Source: Nonlabens ponticola
Lineage (GTDB): Bacteria > Bacteroidota > Bacteroidia > Flavobacteriales > Flavobacteriaceae
Direction of reading: 5' to 3'
NCBI RefSeq assembly: GCF_003966335.1
Contig: NZ_CP034549.1
Span: 2,010,001 to 2,042,000, forward strand
DNA: 32,000 nucleotides
Part shown: in pieces, positions 7,660-16,549 of the stretch
How positions within the stretch are numbered: the first letter of the stretch is position 1
Layout: each line of letters starts with the position of its first letter
Position numbers and translations under genes: made by a program
The notes under the pieces: model-generated
The model's input: the letters and a program-made list of their open reading frames with translations, nothing else
The model's database searches: none
Told to the model about the DNA's origin: nothing

Positions 7660-8820
7660 ATGAGAAAAATTCACGGATTATTGCTGATCCTAGCTGTCAT
7701 TCTAACCGCATCGTCTTGTGAAGACAAATACAAGGATGCCAACGACGGTATCTATGCTGAAATCAATACGAGCAAAGGAACCATGTTTGCCAAATTATAT
7801 CACGAGGCAGCACCAGCAACGGTTGCCAACTTTGTTGCACTGGCCGAAGGTGAACATCCACTGGTAGCAGACTCATTAAAAGGAAAACCATTCTACAATG
7901 GTTTGATCTTTCATCGAGTAATTGAAGACTTTATGATTCAAGGTGGTGATATCACCGGTACAGGATCAGGAAACATAGGTTATAAATTTGATCAGGAAAT
8001 CAACGATACGCTTAATCACGATGCCAAGGGAATCTTATCCATGGCCAATGCAGGTCCTAATACTAACGGTTCTCAATTCTTCATCATGCATAAAGAACGT
8101 CCACAGTTGGATGGTCGTTACAACGTGTTTGGAAAGGTGATGGAAGGTCTTGAGGTAATAGATTCTATAGCAACCGTTACTACTGATGGTCGCGATAGAC
8201 CACTAGATAGCATTGTTATCAATGAGATTAATATTATACGCAAAGGAAAAGCTGCCAGAAAATGGGATGCCCCTAAAGTATTCAAAGAACAAAAAGAAAA
8301 GGCAGAGCAAAAAGCTGAAGAAGAAAGAAGAATTGCTACTGAGCGTCGTGAGCGAGCGCCAGCGGTACGCAAAGCAAAAGCGGAAGAGCTTGCAGCGCTG
8401 GAGAAAAAAGCTAAAGAACTTCCTGGTGGCGTTAAAATCTACACTATAGAAAAAGGTACTGGCGGTAGACCTGCAGATAAGACTAGGGTCATGATTAATT
8501 ACAGCGGCTTTTTTGAAGACGGTAGACTGTTTGATTCGAGCTACCTAACCGTTGCCCAGGACTTTGATAACGTTGATCCTCGCAAGTTGAGCGGTAAAGC
8601 CTATCGTCCTATGCCAGTAATTTTTGATCCAGCAGCAGGAATGGTTCAAGGTTTTAAGGACGCTATGTTGAGTATGGAATACGGCGATAAGATTGTTGCA
8701 TATATACCATCTGATCTTGCCTATGGTGAGCGCGGTGCCGGTAATGTTATCCCACCTAACAGTGATTTAATTTTTGAAATGGAGATGATGGAGCCTGTAG
8801 AGATTGAAGCAGAAGACTAG
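7660..8820 (+). CDS. dual-domain peptidyl-prolyl isomerase lipoprotein: N-terminal cyclophilin domain, K/E-rich linker, C-terminal FKBP domain
   Basis: Lipoprotein signal LLILAVILTASSC. Cyclophilin motifs FHRVIEDFMIQGGD and SMANAGPNTNGSQFFI. Charged linker KEQKEKAEQKAEEERRIATERRERAPAVRKAKAEE. FKBP motifs NYSGFFEDGRLFDSS and AYIPSDLAYGERGAGNVIPPNSDLIFEMEM. Confidence 0.85.
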   Translation: MRKIHGLLLILAVILTASSCEDKYKDANDGIYAEINTSKGTMFAKLYHEAAPATVANFVALAEGEHPLVADSLKGKPFYNGLIFHRVIEDFMIQGGDITGTGSGNIGYKFDQEINDTLNHDAKGILSMANAGPNTNGSQFFIMHKERPQLDGRYNVFGKVMEGLEVIDSIATVTTDGRDRPLDSIVINEINIIRKGKAARKWDAPKVFKEQKEKAEQKAEEERRIATERRERAPAVRKAKAEELAALEKKAKELPGGVKIYTIEKGTGGRPADKTRVMINYSGFFEDGRLFDSSYLTVAQDFDNVDPRKLSGKAYRPMPVIFDPAAGMVQGFKDAMLSMEYGDKIVAYIPSDLAYGERGAGNVIPPNSDLIFEMEMMEPVEIEAED

Positions 8821-8842
8821 AGAATATTCGCAAATAAAATTT

Positions 8843-8871
8843 AAGCGCACTGACCTCAGTGCGCTTTTTTT
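8843..8871 (+). terminator. rho-independent terminator after the dual PPIase gene
   Basis: GCGCACTGA, loop CC, TCAGTGCGC (9-bp GC-rich stem), followed by TTTTTTT. Confidence 0.8.
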
Positions 8872-8900
8872 AATGCCACGTATTGACCTACCTTTAAAAC

Positions 8901-9299
8901 ATGAAAGAAATTATTTACACAAAAGATGCTCCTAATCCCATAGGACCCTATAATCAAGCGGTTTTATGGAAGTGTACTAATCAACAAACACTGTACACCA
9001 GCGGTCAAATTGCCATTGATCCAGCAACTGGAGAACTAGATATTGAGGATTTAAAAACCGAAACTCATCTAGTGATGAAGAATTTGAAAGCGGTGGTTGA
9101 AAAAGCAGGCATGACGCTGGAGCATGTGGTAAAGACTTCTATCTTCTTGAGTGATATGAACACCTTTGCGACAGTGAATGAAATTTATGGCAGCTATTTT
9201 AATGAAGCATCTGCGCCCGCGAGAGAAACGGTCGAGGTTGCCAACCTACCTAAATTTGTAAACGTAGAGATTTCTGCCATTGCCATAAACCATAATTAA
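8901..9299 (+). CDS. ridA: RidA/YjgF family reactive-intermediate deaminase
   Basis: APNPIGPYNQAV, SGQIAIDP, KTSIFLSDMNTFATVNEIY and ARETVEVANLP are typical RidA blocks. Confidence 0.85.
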   Translation: MKEIIYTKDAPNPIGPYNQAVLWKCTNQQTLYTSGQIAIDPATGELDIEDLKTETHLVMKNLKAVVEKAGMTLEHVVKTSIFLSDMNTFATVNEIYGSYFNEASAPARETVEVANLPKFVNVEISAIAINHN

Positions 9300-10168
9300 T
9301 GAGTCTTAAAGAATCAGAGTTAATACTTAATGACGATGGCAGCATTTACCATCTTAATCTCAAACCACAACAGCTAGCGCATACCGTTATTACCGTAGGC
9401 GATCCAGAACGTGTTGCGGCTGTATCGAGATACTTTGACAGTATAGAAATACAAGTTTCAAAACGAGAGTTTCATACTCATACAGGAATTTATAAAGGAA
9501 AACGTATCACCGTTATTTCAACAGGAATTGGAACTGATAATATTGACATAGTTTTCAATGAGCTGGATGCGCTGGTTAATGTAGATTTTCAAACACGAAC
9601 CATCAAGAAGGATTTGACAACTCTCGATATTATAAGGATAGGCACAACAGGTGCGGTACAACCATCTATTCCTGTTGACTCCTTTTTACTTTCTCAAAGA
9701 GCCATAGGTTTTGACAGCTTGCTGCACTGGTACGACCATGATCTCGAGGATCAGAAAATGGCTCAAGATCTAGCCAAAAAATTAAAACTTTCTAAAAACG
9801 TAGCTACACCGTATCTCGTCAACTGCAACAAAGAGCTTGCCTCTCAATTTCAAAGCATCGATATGACCAATGGCACGACGATCACCAACGTAGGATTCTA
9901 TGGCCCGCAAAGCCGTAGCATTAGATTACAACCAGCTCATAAAGACTTAAATGAGCTGATGGCAAACTATGAATTTGATGGACATAAAGTTTCAAACCTA
10001 GAGATGGAAACAGCTGGAATTTATGCCATGTCAACAATGCTAGGACATCGAGCGGTTTCCTTGAATGCGGTGCTTGCTAATCGAGCGACTGGAACTTTCT
10101 CAACTTCTCCTACTCAAACAGTCGATCGATTGATTAAGTTCTCACTAGATGCCATAGCTAGCTTTTAA
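9299..10168 (+). CDS. nucleoside phosphorylase (PNP/UDP family)
   Basis: ITVGDPERV, VISTGIGTDNIDIV, RIGTTGA and NLEMETAGIY blocks of the PNP_UDP_1 fold. The start overlaps the ridA stop (TAATG). Confidence 0.7.
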   Translation: MSLKESELILNDDGSIYHLNLKPQQLAHTVITVGDPERVAAVSRYFDSIEIQVSKREFHTHTGIYKGKRITVISTGIGTDNIDIVFNELDALVNVDFQTRTIKKDLTTLDIIRIGTTGAVQPSIPVDSFLLSQRAIGFDSLLHWYDHDLEDQKMAQDLAKKLKLSKNVATPYLVNCNKELASQFQSIDMTNGTTITNVGFYGPQSRSIRLQPAHKDLNELMANYEFDGHKVSNLEMETAGIYAMSTMLGHRAVSLNAVLANRATGTFSTSPTQTVDRLIKFSLDAIASF

Positions 10169-10213
10169 CAGGAACTTTAAAAGCAATATTACAGCTATGG
10201 GTAAATTAGCCAT

Positions 10214-12262
10214 GTGGAAGAAAAATTAGAATATCCGTATCAACATCGCGATATAAATTGGCTTAGTTTCAATGATCGCGTGCTACAAGAAGCCGCTGAT
10301 GAGAGTAATCCGCTATATGAGCGACTCAAATTTGTAGCCATTTTTTCATCAAATCTAGATGAATATTTTAGGGTACGAGTATCTCAATTGCGTCAATTAA
10401 AGCGTGTGGATAAAAGCCTGCGTAAAAAGCTGGTGCTCAAGCCAACTAAGTTTGTCAAGCAAATTCTAGCCAAAGTAGGTGAGCAACAAAATAGATTAGG
10501 AGATATTTTTTTTGACGACATCGTGCCTCAATTGGCAGATCACAACATTCACTTACTAGATAAGAATCAAGTTGCTGGTCGTTTCATAAATGAAGCAACG
10601 GCTTACTTCAAAGAACATTTGCAGGATATCGTAAAAACTAAATACGTCCAGGCGAGCAAAACCAGCGATATATTTCTAGAAAATCAGCATTTATATCTAA
10701 TTGTAACCTTTGAAAATGAAAAGCATTATGGTGTGGTCAACATTCCTTCTCAAGATCACAAACGATTTATTGAACTAGCATCAAACGACGATAAGCACTA
10801 CATAGTATTTCTAGATGATGTTATAAAATCACAACTAGATCAATTATTTCCTGATGAAATCATCACAGGTCGATACAGCGTCAAGCTTTCACGCGATGCA
10901 GAATTATATATTGATCAAGAACTCGATGGTGACCTAGCCGATCGTATTTATGCGTCCTTAGGACAACGTCAGCAAGGGCAACCCACAAGATTCTTGTATG
11001 ATGAAGATATGCCTAAAGAGGTTAAGCGTAATCTGCGCAAGAGTCTAGCCTTAGGTAAAATTGATATGGTTCCAGGAGGTACTTATCACAATTTTGATGA
11101 TTTCTTTGGTTTTCCAGATCCAACGAATAATGAAAAATTACATGCACAGCCTTTAAAAACTATTAGACATCGCAGCCTTGATGATTCAAGTTCCTATTTC
11201 CCAATCATCAAGAAACGCGACCAGTTAGTCCATTTTCCATTTATGTCATTTGATTATGTGCAGCGATTCATTGATCAGTCTGCCACAGATCCTGACGTGG
11301 TCGAGATAAAGATAAGTCTGTATCGAGTCGCGGACGAGAGTGCCTTGACAGATTCACTGCTTACAGCATTGAAAAATGGGAAAAAAGTCACCGTTTTCGT
11401 AGAGGCCAAAGCTCGATTTGATGAGGAAAACAATATTAAATGGGGTCGCATTTTTGAAGAACATGGCGCACGAGTGATATATAGTTATCCGCGTATAAAA
11501 GTGCATAGCAAGGTGATGCTTGTACTGCGCAAGGAAAAAGAAAAACTCAAGCGATATGCCTACATAGGCACTGGTAATTTTAATGCCAAAACCTCAAAAA
11601 TCTACTGCGACCATGGCCTATTCACCGCAGATAAAAACATTACCAAGGATCTAAAGAGAGTATTTGAAGTCCTACAAGGTGAACTTATAATACCTAGAGC
11701 GCAGCATCTACTGATATCGCCATTTACTACGAGAAGAACCTTTGAAGATCTTATCAGGAAAGAAATTGAAAGTGCGCGCGCAGGAAAGCCAGCGGCCATT
11801 ATTGCCAAAATGAATCAGCTGGAAGATCCTGGAATGATTAACCTACTCTATCAAGCAAGTCAGGCTGGAGTTACCATACGATTATTAGTGCGTGGTTTTA
11901 CCTGTCTTGTTCCTGGAATCAAAGATATGAGTGAGAACATCATGATGACCTCGATAGTAGACAGATTTCTTGAACACGGTCGTATTTACAAATTTCATAA
12001 CAATGGTGAGCCACTCATGTTTATGGGTAGCGCAGACTGGATGTCACGCAATCTTGACCGTCGCATAGAAGTCCTCGCTCCTATCTATGATGATCTAGTA
12101 TTTAAGGAACTGGATGATATTCTGGAATTACAACTACAGGATAATGTCAAGGCACGTATCCACACGACACAGGAAGATAATCCCTACGTTCAGGACGACC
12201 AGGAATCATTGCGATCTCAAGATGCTATCTATCAGTACTTAAAAGATATTCACAAGTCATAA
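10214..12262 (+). CDS. ppk1: polyphosphate kinase 1
   Basis: INWLSFNDRVLQEA, FVAIFSSNLDEYFRVRV and two PLD-like regions (KVHSKVMLV, FLEHGRIY). GTG start at 10214, because the nearby ATG at 10212 is out of frame and terminates quickly. Confidence 0.95.
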   Translation: MEEKLEYPYQHRDINWLSFNDRVLQEAADESNPLYERLKFVAIFSSNLDEYFRVRVSQLRQLKRVDKSLRKKLVLKPTKFVKQILAKVGEQQNRLGDIFFDDIVPQLADHNIHLLDKNQVAGRFINEATAYFKEHLQDIVKTKYVQASKTSDIFLENQHLYLIVTFENEKHYGVVNIPSQDHKRFIELASNDDKHYIVFLDDVIKSQLDQLFPDEIITGRYSVKLSRDAELYIDQELDGDLADRIYASLGQRQQGQPTRFLYDEDMPKEVKRNLRKSLALGKIDMVPGGTYHNFDDFFGFPDPTNNEKLHAQPLKTIRHRSLDDSSSYFPIIKKRDQLVHFPFMSFDYVQRFIDQSATDPDVVEIKISLYRVADESALTDSLLTALKNGKKVTVFVEAKARFDEENNIKWGRIFEEHGARVIYSYPRIKVHSKVMLVLRKEKEKLKRYAYIGTGNFNAKTSKIYCDHGLFTADKNITKDLKRVFEVLQGELIIPRAQHLLISPFTTRRTFEDLIRKEIESARAGKPAAIIAKMNQLEDPGMINLLYQASQAGVTIRLLVRGFTCLVPGIKDMSENIMMTSIVDRFLEHGRIYKFHNNGEPLMFMGSADWMSRNLDRRIEVLAPIYDDLVFKELDDILELQLQDNVKARIHTTQEDNPYVQDDQESLRSQDAIYQYLKDIHKS

Positions 12263-12271
12263 TATCATACC

Positions 12272-13144
12272 ATGACAACCATCAATATAGGCGGCGTTCC
12301 AGAACATTTTAATTTGCCATGGCATTTGGCTATTGAGGATTCCGCTTTCGCGAAAGCGGGCATCAATCTATCATGGCAGGACGTACCAGAAGGTACAGGT
12401 AGAATGTGTAATCTTTTACGAGAATCAGAGCTCGATGTAGCCTGTATCCTTACCGACGGTATTGTAAAAGACATTATGGCTGGCAATCCAGCTAAAATCA
12501 TTCAAGTTTATGTGGACTCTCCATTACTTTGGGGCGTCCACGCACCAGCAGACTTGATTGAAGAAGATACCGCGCAATTTGACAACCCAACATTTGCCAT
12601 AAGTAGATATGGTAGTGGTTCGCACTTGATGAGTTTTTTATTAGCTGCCAGACACAAATGGAATCCTGAAAAATTAAGGTTTAAACTGGTAAATACCATT
12701 GACGGCGCAGTCACTGCATTGACAAATCACGAGGCACAACTCTTTTTATGGGAACGTTACATGACCCAACCGCTGGTAGATAATGGCACCTTTAAAAGAA
12801 TGCAAACGGTGGCAACGCCATGGCCCAGTTTTGTCATCGCAGCTACGGACAAATGCATCGCAGACAAGCAGGACGCTCTTGCCAAAATGCTTAGTATAAT
12901 CAACAACTATACTGCTGATTTTAAAGAGATACCAAGCATTGACCGCACAATCGCTTCACATTATGATTTACAGGTAGGCGACGTTCAACAATGGTTACTG
13001 CGTACAGAGTTTAGCGATAAACAGCTACAAGAAAAAACGGTGAACATCATCAACGAGCAATTTTTAAAAGTTGGAATATCTGATAAGAAAGTTGCCTTGA
13101 AAGATCTAGTTTTTGATCTTCCTAAAATTGACGAAGAAGAATAA
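12272..13144 (+). CDS. cytoplasmic periplasmic-binding-protein-fold protein (SsuA/THI5/Ca3427-like), function unknown
   Basis: The N-terminus INIGGVPEHFNLPW resembles PBP type-2 substrate-binding proteins of the NMT1/THI5 kind. No signal peptide. Low-confidence family call from memory. Contains palindrome copy 3. Confidence 0.45.
   Translation: MTTINIGGVPEHFNLPWHLAIEDSAFAKAGINLSWQDVPEGTGRMCNLLRESELDVACILTDGIVKDIMAGNPAKIIQVYVDSPLLWGVHAPADLIEEDTAQFDNPTFAISRYGSGSHLMSFLLAARHKWNPEKLRFKLVNTIDGAVTALTNHEAQLFLWERYMTQPLVDNGTFKRMQTVATPWPSFVIAATDKCIADKQDALAKMLSIINNYTADFKEIPSIDRTIASHYDLQVGDVQQWLLRTEFSDKQLQEKTVNIINEQFLKVGISDKKVALKDLVFDLPKIDEEE
12344..12357. repeat. GCTTTCGCGAAAGC palindrome, copy 3 (perfect; 18-bp perfect palindrome CCGCTTTCGCGAAAGCGG at 12342..12359)
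   Basis: Read directly. Translated as D-S-A-F-A-K-A-G in the plus-strand CDS. Confidence 0.95.
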
Positions 13145-13810
13145 TTACCAATCAATAGGTTTCATACCTCGTTCTTGCAGGTAGCGATTACATCTTGAGA
13201 AATGCTTGTTGTCAAACCAGTAACCACGGTTAGCGCTTAATGGTGATGGATGACCTGTGGTGAGCACAAAATGTCTTTTTTCATCAATGAGTTTAGCTTT
13301 TCCTTTGGCAAATCCACCCCAAAGCAAGAATACAAGATTCTCACGCTCGTCGCTTAACAATTTTATAACCCTATCAGTAAAGATTTCCCAACCTTTTTTC
13401 TGGTGGCTTCCGGCTTGTCTTTTTTCTACAGTGAGTACGGTGTTGAGCAGTAATACACCTTGATCTGCCCAGCGCTCAAGATTACCACTTGCTGGAATAG
13501 GTATTTTTAAATCCTGATTGATTTCCCTAAAGATATTGATAAGTGATGGAGGTTTGGGAACACCATCTGCTACTGAAAAGCATAGTCCATTTGCCTGACC
13601 TGGACCATGATAGGGATCTTGCCCTATAATGACGACCTTTACCTTTTCAAAAGGCGTGCGATCAAAAGCTGCAAAAATCTTCTTTCCAGGAGGATAGCAT
13701 GTAGTACGCTCGTATTCCTGTTTTACAAATGCAATAAGTTGTTCAAAATATTCCTTATTGAATTCCTCTCGCAGCATTTCTTTCCAGCTGGGTTCTATGT
13801 TTACGCTCAT
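13145..13810 (-). CDS. ung: uracil-DNA glycosylase
   Basis: [18 protein letters not shown] and HPSPLSA motifs. Its stop codon directly abuts the stop of the convergent upstream gene. Confidence 0.95.
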   Translation of the reverse strand: MSVNIEPSWKEMLREEFNKEYFEQLIAFVKQEYERTTCYPPGKKIFAAFDRTPFEKVKVVIIGQDPYHGPGQANGLCFSVADGVPKPPSLINIFREINQDLKIPIPASGNLERWADQGVLLLNTVLTVEKRQAGSHQKKGWEIFTDRVIKLLSDERENLVFLLWGGFAKGKAKLIDEKRHFVLTTGHPSPLSANRGYWFDNKHFSRCNRYLQERGMKPIDW

Positions 13811-13925
13811 TCAGTCGCTTTATAATTACAAGCCTTGAATTTACTAGAAAGGCTCGTTCCATAGGATTAAAAAAACTATAACATCAAGAACATACTGCAG
13901 TGGCTTAATTATTTTTGTGTGGCAC

Positions 13926-16088
13926 ATGAGAAAAATATCACGCAAGACCACTGAAGATCTTGAATTTAATACAGTAATTGATCAGGCGAGCGCCTATTGC
14001 GTCACAGACGATGGTCGAGATCTTTTAAAAAAGCTACAACCATTTGCTTCTAGCAATAAAGTCCTGCGATCACTGGATTTTACTCATGAATACCTGCAGT
14101 CATTCTCATCAGACTACTCCATTCCTAATCATGGATTTGACCCTATTGATAAAGAACTACAGCTGCTGGGCATTGATAACAGCACGTTGGAAAAGGAATC
14201 TATACGCAGGCTGGTTCAACTGCCTAGAACGGTAAACGATCACATCAAATTTTTTAAGAAAACTCGAGAGCATTTTGAGCGTTTGTATGAGCGCACGACA
14301 AATCTTGAGTATAACACCGCAGTTCCAGATCAGGTAGATCAGGTCATGGATCGATTTGGCGAGATAAAGGATGATGCATCACCCATTCTCAAAGATGTAC
14401 GCAGGCAAATGAATACGGTGCGTGGCGAGCTTAACGGTAGCTTTGGCGCTGCTTTATCTCATTATCTCAAACTTGATTATCTGGACGATATCAGAGAAAC
14501 AGTGGTAGATAATCGTCGCGTTCTCGCTGTAAAATCTATGCATAGACGCAAAGTAAAGGGTAAGATTATGGGCAGCTCAAAAACCGGTAGCATCTCATAC
14601 ATTGAGCCAGAGCGCGTGTTAAAGCTTTCGCGAAAGCTAACAGAATTAGAGATTGAGGAGCACGAGGAAATTCAACGTATCCTTAAAGAGTTAACCAATT
14701 TCCTGAGGTTATTCATCCCAAAATTTGAACAGCAACGCAGCTACCTAGCAGAGACCGACACCATTGCTGCCAAAGCGAAATATGCACGCAAAATCAATGC
14801 GCTGCTACCTATAATGGTACAACATAAAGAATTAGAATTAGTTGATGCCTATCACCCATTGTTGCTTATTGCCAATCGTGAGCGAGATGAAAAGACCTAC
14901 CCGCAAACCATACGATTAGATGTCGACAATAGAATCATCGTTATTTCTGGACCTAATGCTGGTGGTAAATCCATCACGCTCAAAACAGTAGGTTTATTGC
15001 AATTAATGATTCAATCAGGAATGTTGATTCCAGTTCATGAGAAAAGTCGAGTTTGTATTTTTAAACAGGTGATGACTGATATAGGAGATAATCAAAGTAT
15101 TGATAATCATTTGAGTACCTACAGTTATCGACTTAAAAACATGCGTGGTTTTCTGCGCAAGGCTGATGATAATACGTTATTTTTAATTGACGAATTTGGA
15201 ACTGGATCAGATCCAGAATTAGGTGGTGCTCTGGCCGAAAGCATGCTGGAAGAATTGTACGCACGCAAGTCCTATGGTATCATCACGACGCATTATACAA
15301 ATCTAAAGATGCTGGCCAACGAGTTGCCAGAAATGAATAATGCTAACATGTTGTTTGACAGCCAATCGTTAGAGCCTATATATCAGTTACAATTGGGTGA
15401 AGCTGGTAGCTCCTTTACATTTGAAGTAGCACAAAAAAACGGTATCCCATTTTCATTGATCAATAAGGCCAAAAAGAAAGTGGAACGTGGCAAAATACGT
15501 TTTGACAAATCAATTGCCGCACTGCAAAAAGAGCGTTCACACCTGCGTAAAAACAATGAATCATTGCGTGAACGCGAGATGAAGGCCACACAAAAAGCTA
15601 ATAAGCTAGACGATACACAGGAACGCATCCAGCAAAAGCTAGAGGATTTTCAAGAGTTGTACGACACGTATCAACGTCATATTCAATTGGGGAAAAAGTT
15701 TGACCAGTTAGCTAGTGATTACAATAAGAACAAGAAAAAACGACAGTTGCTGGATGAACTAATGAAACTTGTCATTACCGAGAATGTCAAACGTCAACCA
15801 CCACCAAAAAAGAAAACGGCTGCAGCCAAAGATAAGGGCAGACAAAAACAGGCTGAAAACGAACTGATCCAAAAGGCAACCAAAATACGTAAGGAAAAAA
15901 AGACGGTAAATAAGCCAGCTATAGAAAACCCTAAACCAAAAGTGAATTTTAAAGTAAATGATCGCGTGCGTTTGATCGATTCACGATCAGTAGGAACTAT
16001 AGACAATATCGAAAAAGGAAAAGCTACCGTGAATTACGGTATGTTTACTACGCTCGTGAGTGTAGAACAATTAGAACCTGTGAAGTAA
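13926..16088 (+). CDS. mutS2: MutS2-family ATPase (MutS domain V, K-rich coiled region, KOW-like C-terminus; no Smr domain seen)
   Basis: Walker A ISGPNAGGKSITLKTVG, Walker B LFLIDEFGTGSDP, and TTHY. The C-terminus is VNDRVRLIDSRSVGTIDNIEKGKATVNYGMFTTLV. I prefer ATG 13926 over GTG 13917. Contains palindrome copy 4. Confidence 0.85.
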   Translation: MRKISRKTTEDLEFNTVIDQASAYCVTDDGRDLLKKLQPFASSNKVLRSLDFTHEYLQSFSSDYSIPNHGFDPIDKELQLLGIDNSTLEKESIRRLVQLPRTVNDHIKFFKKTREHFERLYERTTNLEYNTAVPDQVDQVMDRFGEIKDDASPILKDVRRQMNTVRGELNGSFGAALSHYLKLDYLDDIRETVVDNRRVLAVKSMHRRKVKGKIMGSSKTGSISYIEPERVLKLSRKLTELEIEEHEEIQRILKELTNFLRLFIPKFEQQRSYLAETDTIAAKAKYARKINALLPIMVQHKELELVDAYHPLLLIANRERDEKTYPQTIRLDVDNRIIVISGPNAGGKSITLKTVGLLQLMIQSGMLIPVHEKSRVCIFKQVMTDIGDNQSIDNHLSTYSYRLKNMRGFLRKADDNTLFLIDEFGTGSDPELGGALAESMLEELYARKSYGIITTHYTNLKMLANELPEMNNANMLFDSQSLEPIYQLQLGEAGSSFTFEVAQKNGIPFSLINKAKKKVERGKIRFDKSIAALQKERSHLRKNNESLREREMKATQKANKLDDTQERIQQKLEDFQELYDTYQRHIQLGKKFDQLASDYNKNKKKRQLLDELMKLVITENVKRQPPPKKKTAAAKDKGRQKQAENELIQKATKIRKEKKTVNKPAIENPKPKVNFKVNDRVRLIDSRSVGTIDNIEKGKATVNYGMFTTLVSVEQLEPVK
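14624..14637. repeat. GCTTTCGCGAAAGC palindrome, copy 4 (perfect; 16-bp AGCTTTCGCGAAAGCT at 14623..14638)
   Basis: Read directly. GCTTTCGCGAAAGCTAACA (14624..14642) is identical to 2442..2460 and is again read as L-S-R-K-L-T. Confidence 0.95.
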
Positions 16089-16489
16089 TGGAAAAGCAAA
16101 TCGTACTTTTTGATGGAGTGTGTAACCTATGTAATAAGGCAGTAACTTTTATTATTGAACGTGATAAAAAGAATGTATTCAACTTTGGTGCCCTGCAAAA
16201 CGAGAAAGGAAAAGCGCTTCTCAATAAATACGACATTGATCCTGAAGAAACGGACAGTATCATTTTGATAAAAAATGACAAGGCATATATCAAATCAACA
16301 GCGGCTCTTCATATAGCTAAAAACCTTTCTGGAGGCTGGCCACTACTCTACACATTTATCATTCTGCCTAAGTTCATTCGTGATAGTATCTATGATTGGG
16401 TGGCACGCAATAGATATGGATGGTTCGGTAAAAAGGACAACTGCATGATCCCAAATGCTGACCTACGTTCAAAGTTTATTGATAACTAA
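16088..16489 (+). CDS. DCC-family thiol-disulfide oxidoreductase (DUF393)
   Basis: LFDGVCNLCN motif near the N-terminus. Length 133 aa. The start overlaps the mutS2 stop (TAATG). Confidence 0.75.
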   Translation: MEKQIVLFDGVCNLCNKAVTFIIERDKKNVFNFGALQNEKGKALLNKYDIDPEETDSIILIKNDKAYIKSTAALHIAKNLSGGWPLLYTFIILPKFIRDSIYDWVARNRYGWFGKKDNCMIPNADLRSKFIDN

Positions 16490-16549
16490 CACGCTTACTG
16501 CTAAAGTTTTAAGCCAAGTAGTATATATTTAAGGTCAAATTGCTTTCTA

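Noticed and set aside
8270-8420. K/E/R-rich stretch in the dual PPIase, and a similar one in mutS2 at about 15700..15950, considered as DNA repeats
   Set aside because: These are low-complexity charged linkers at protein level. I could see no exact nucleotide repeat units.
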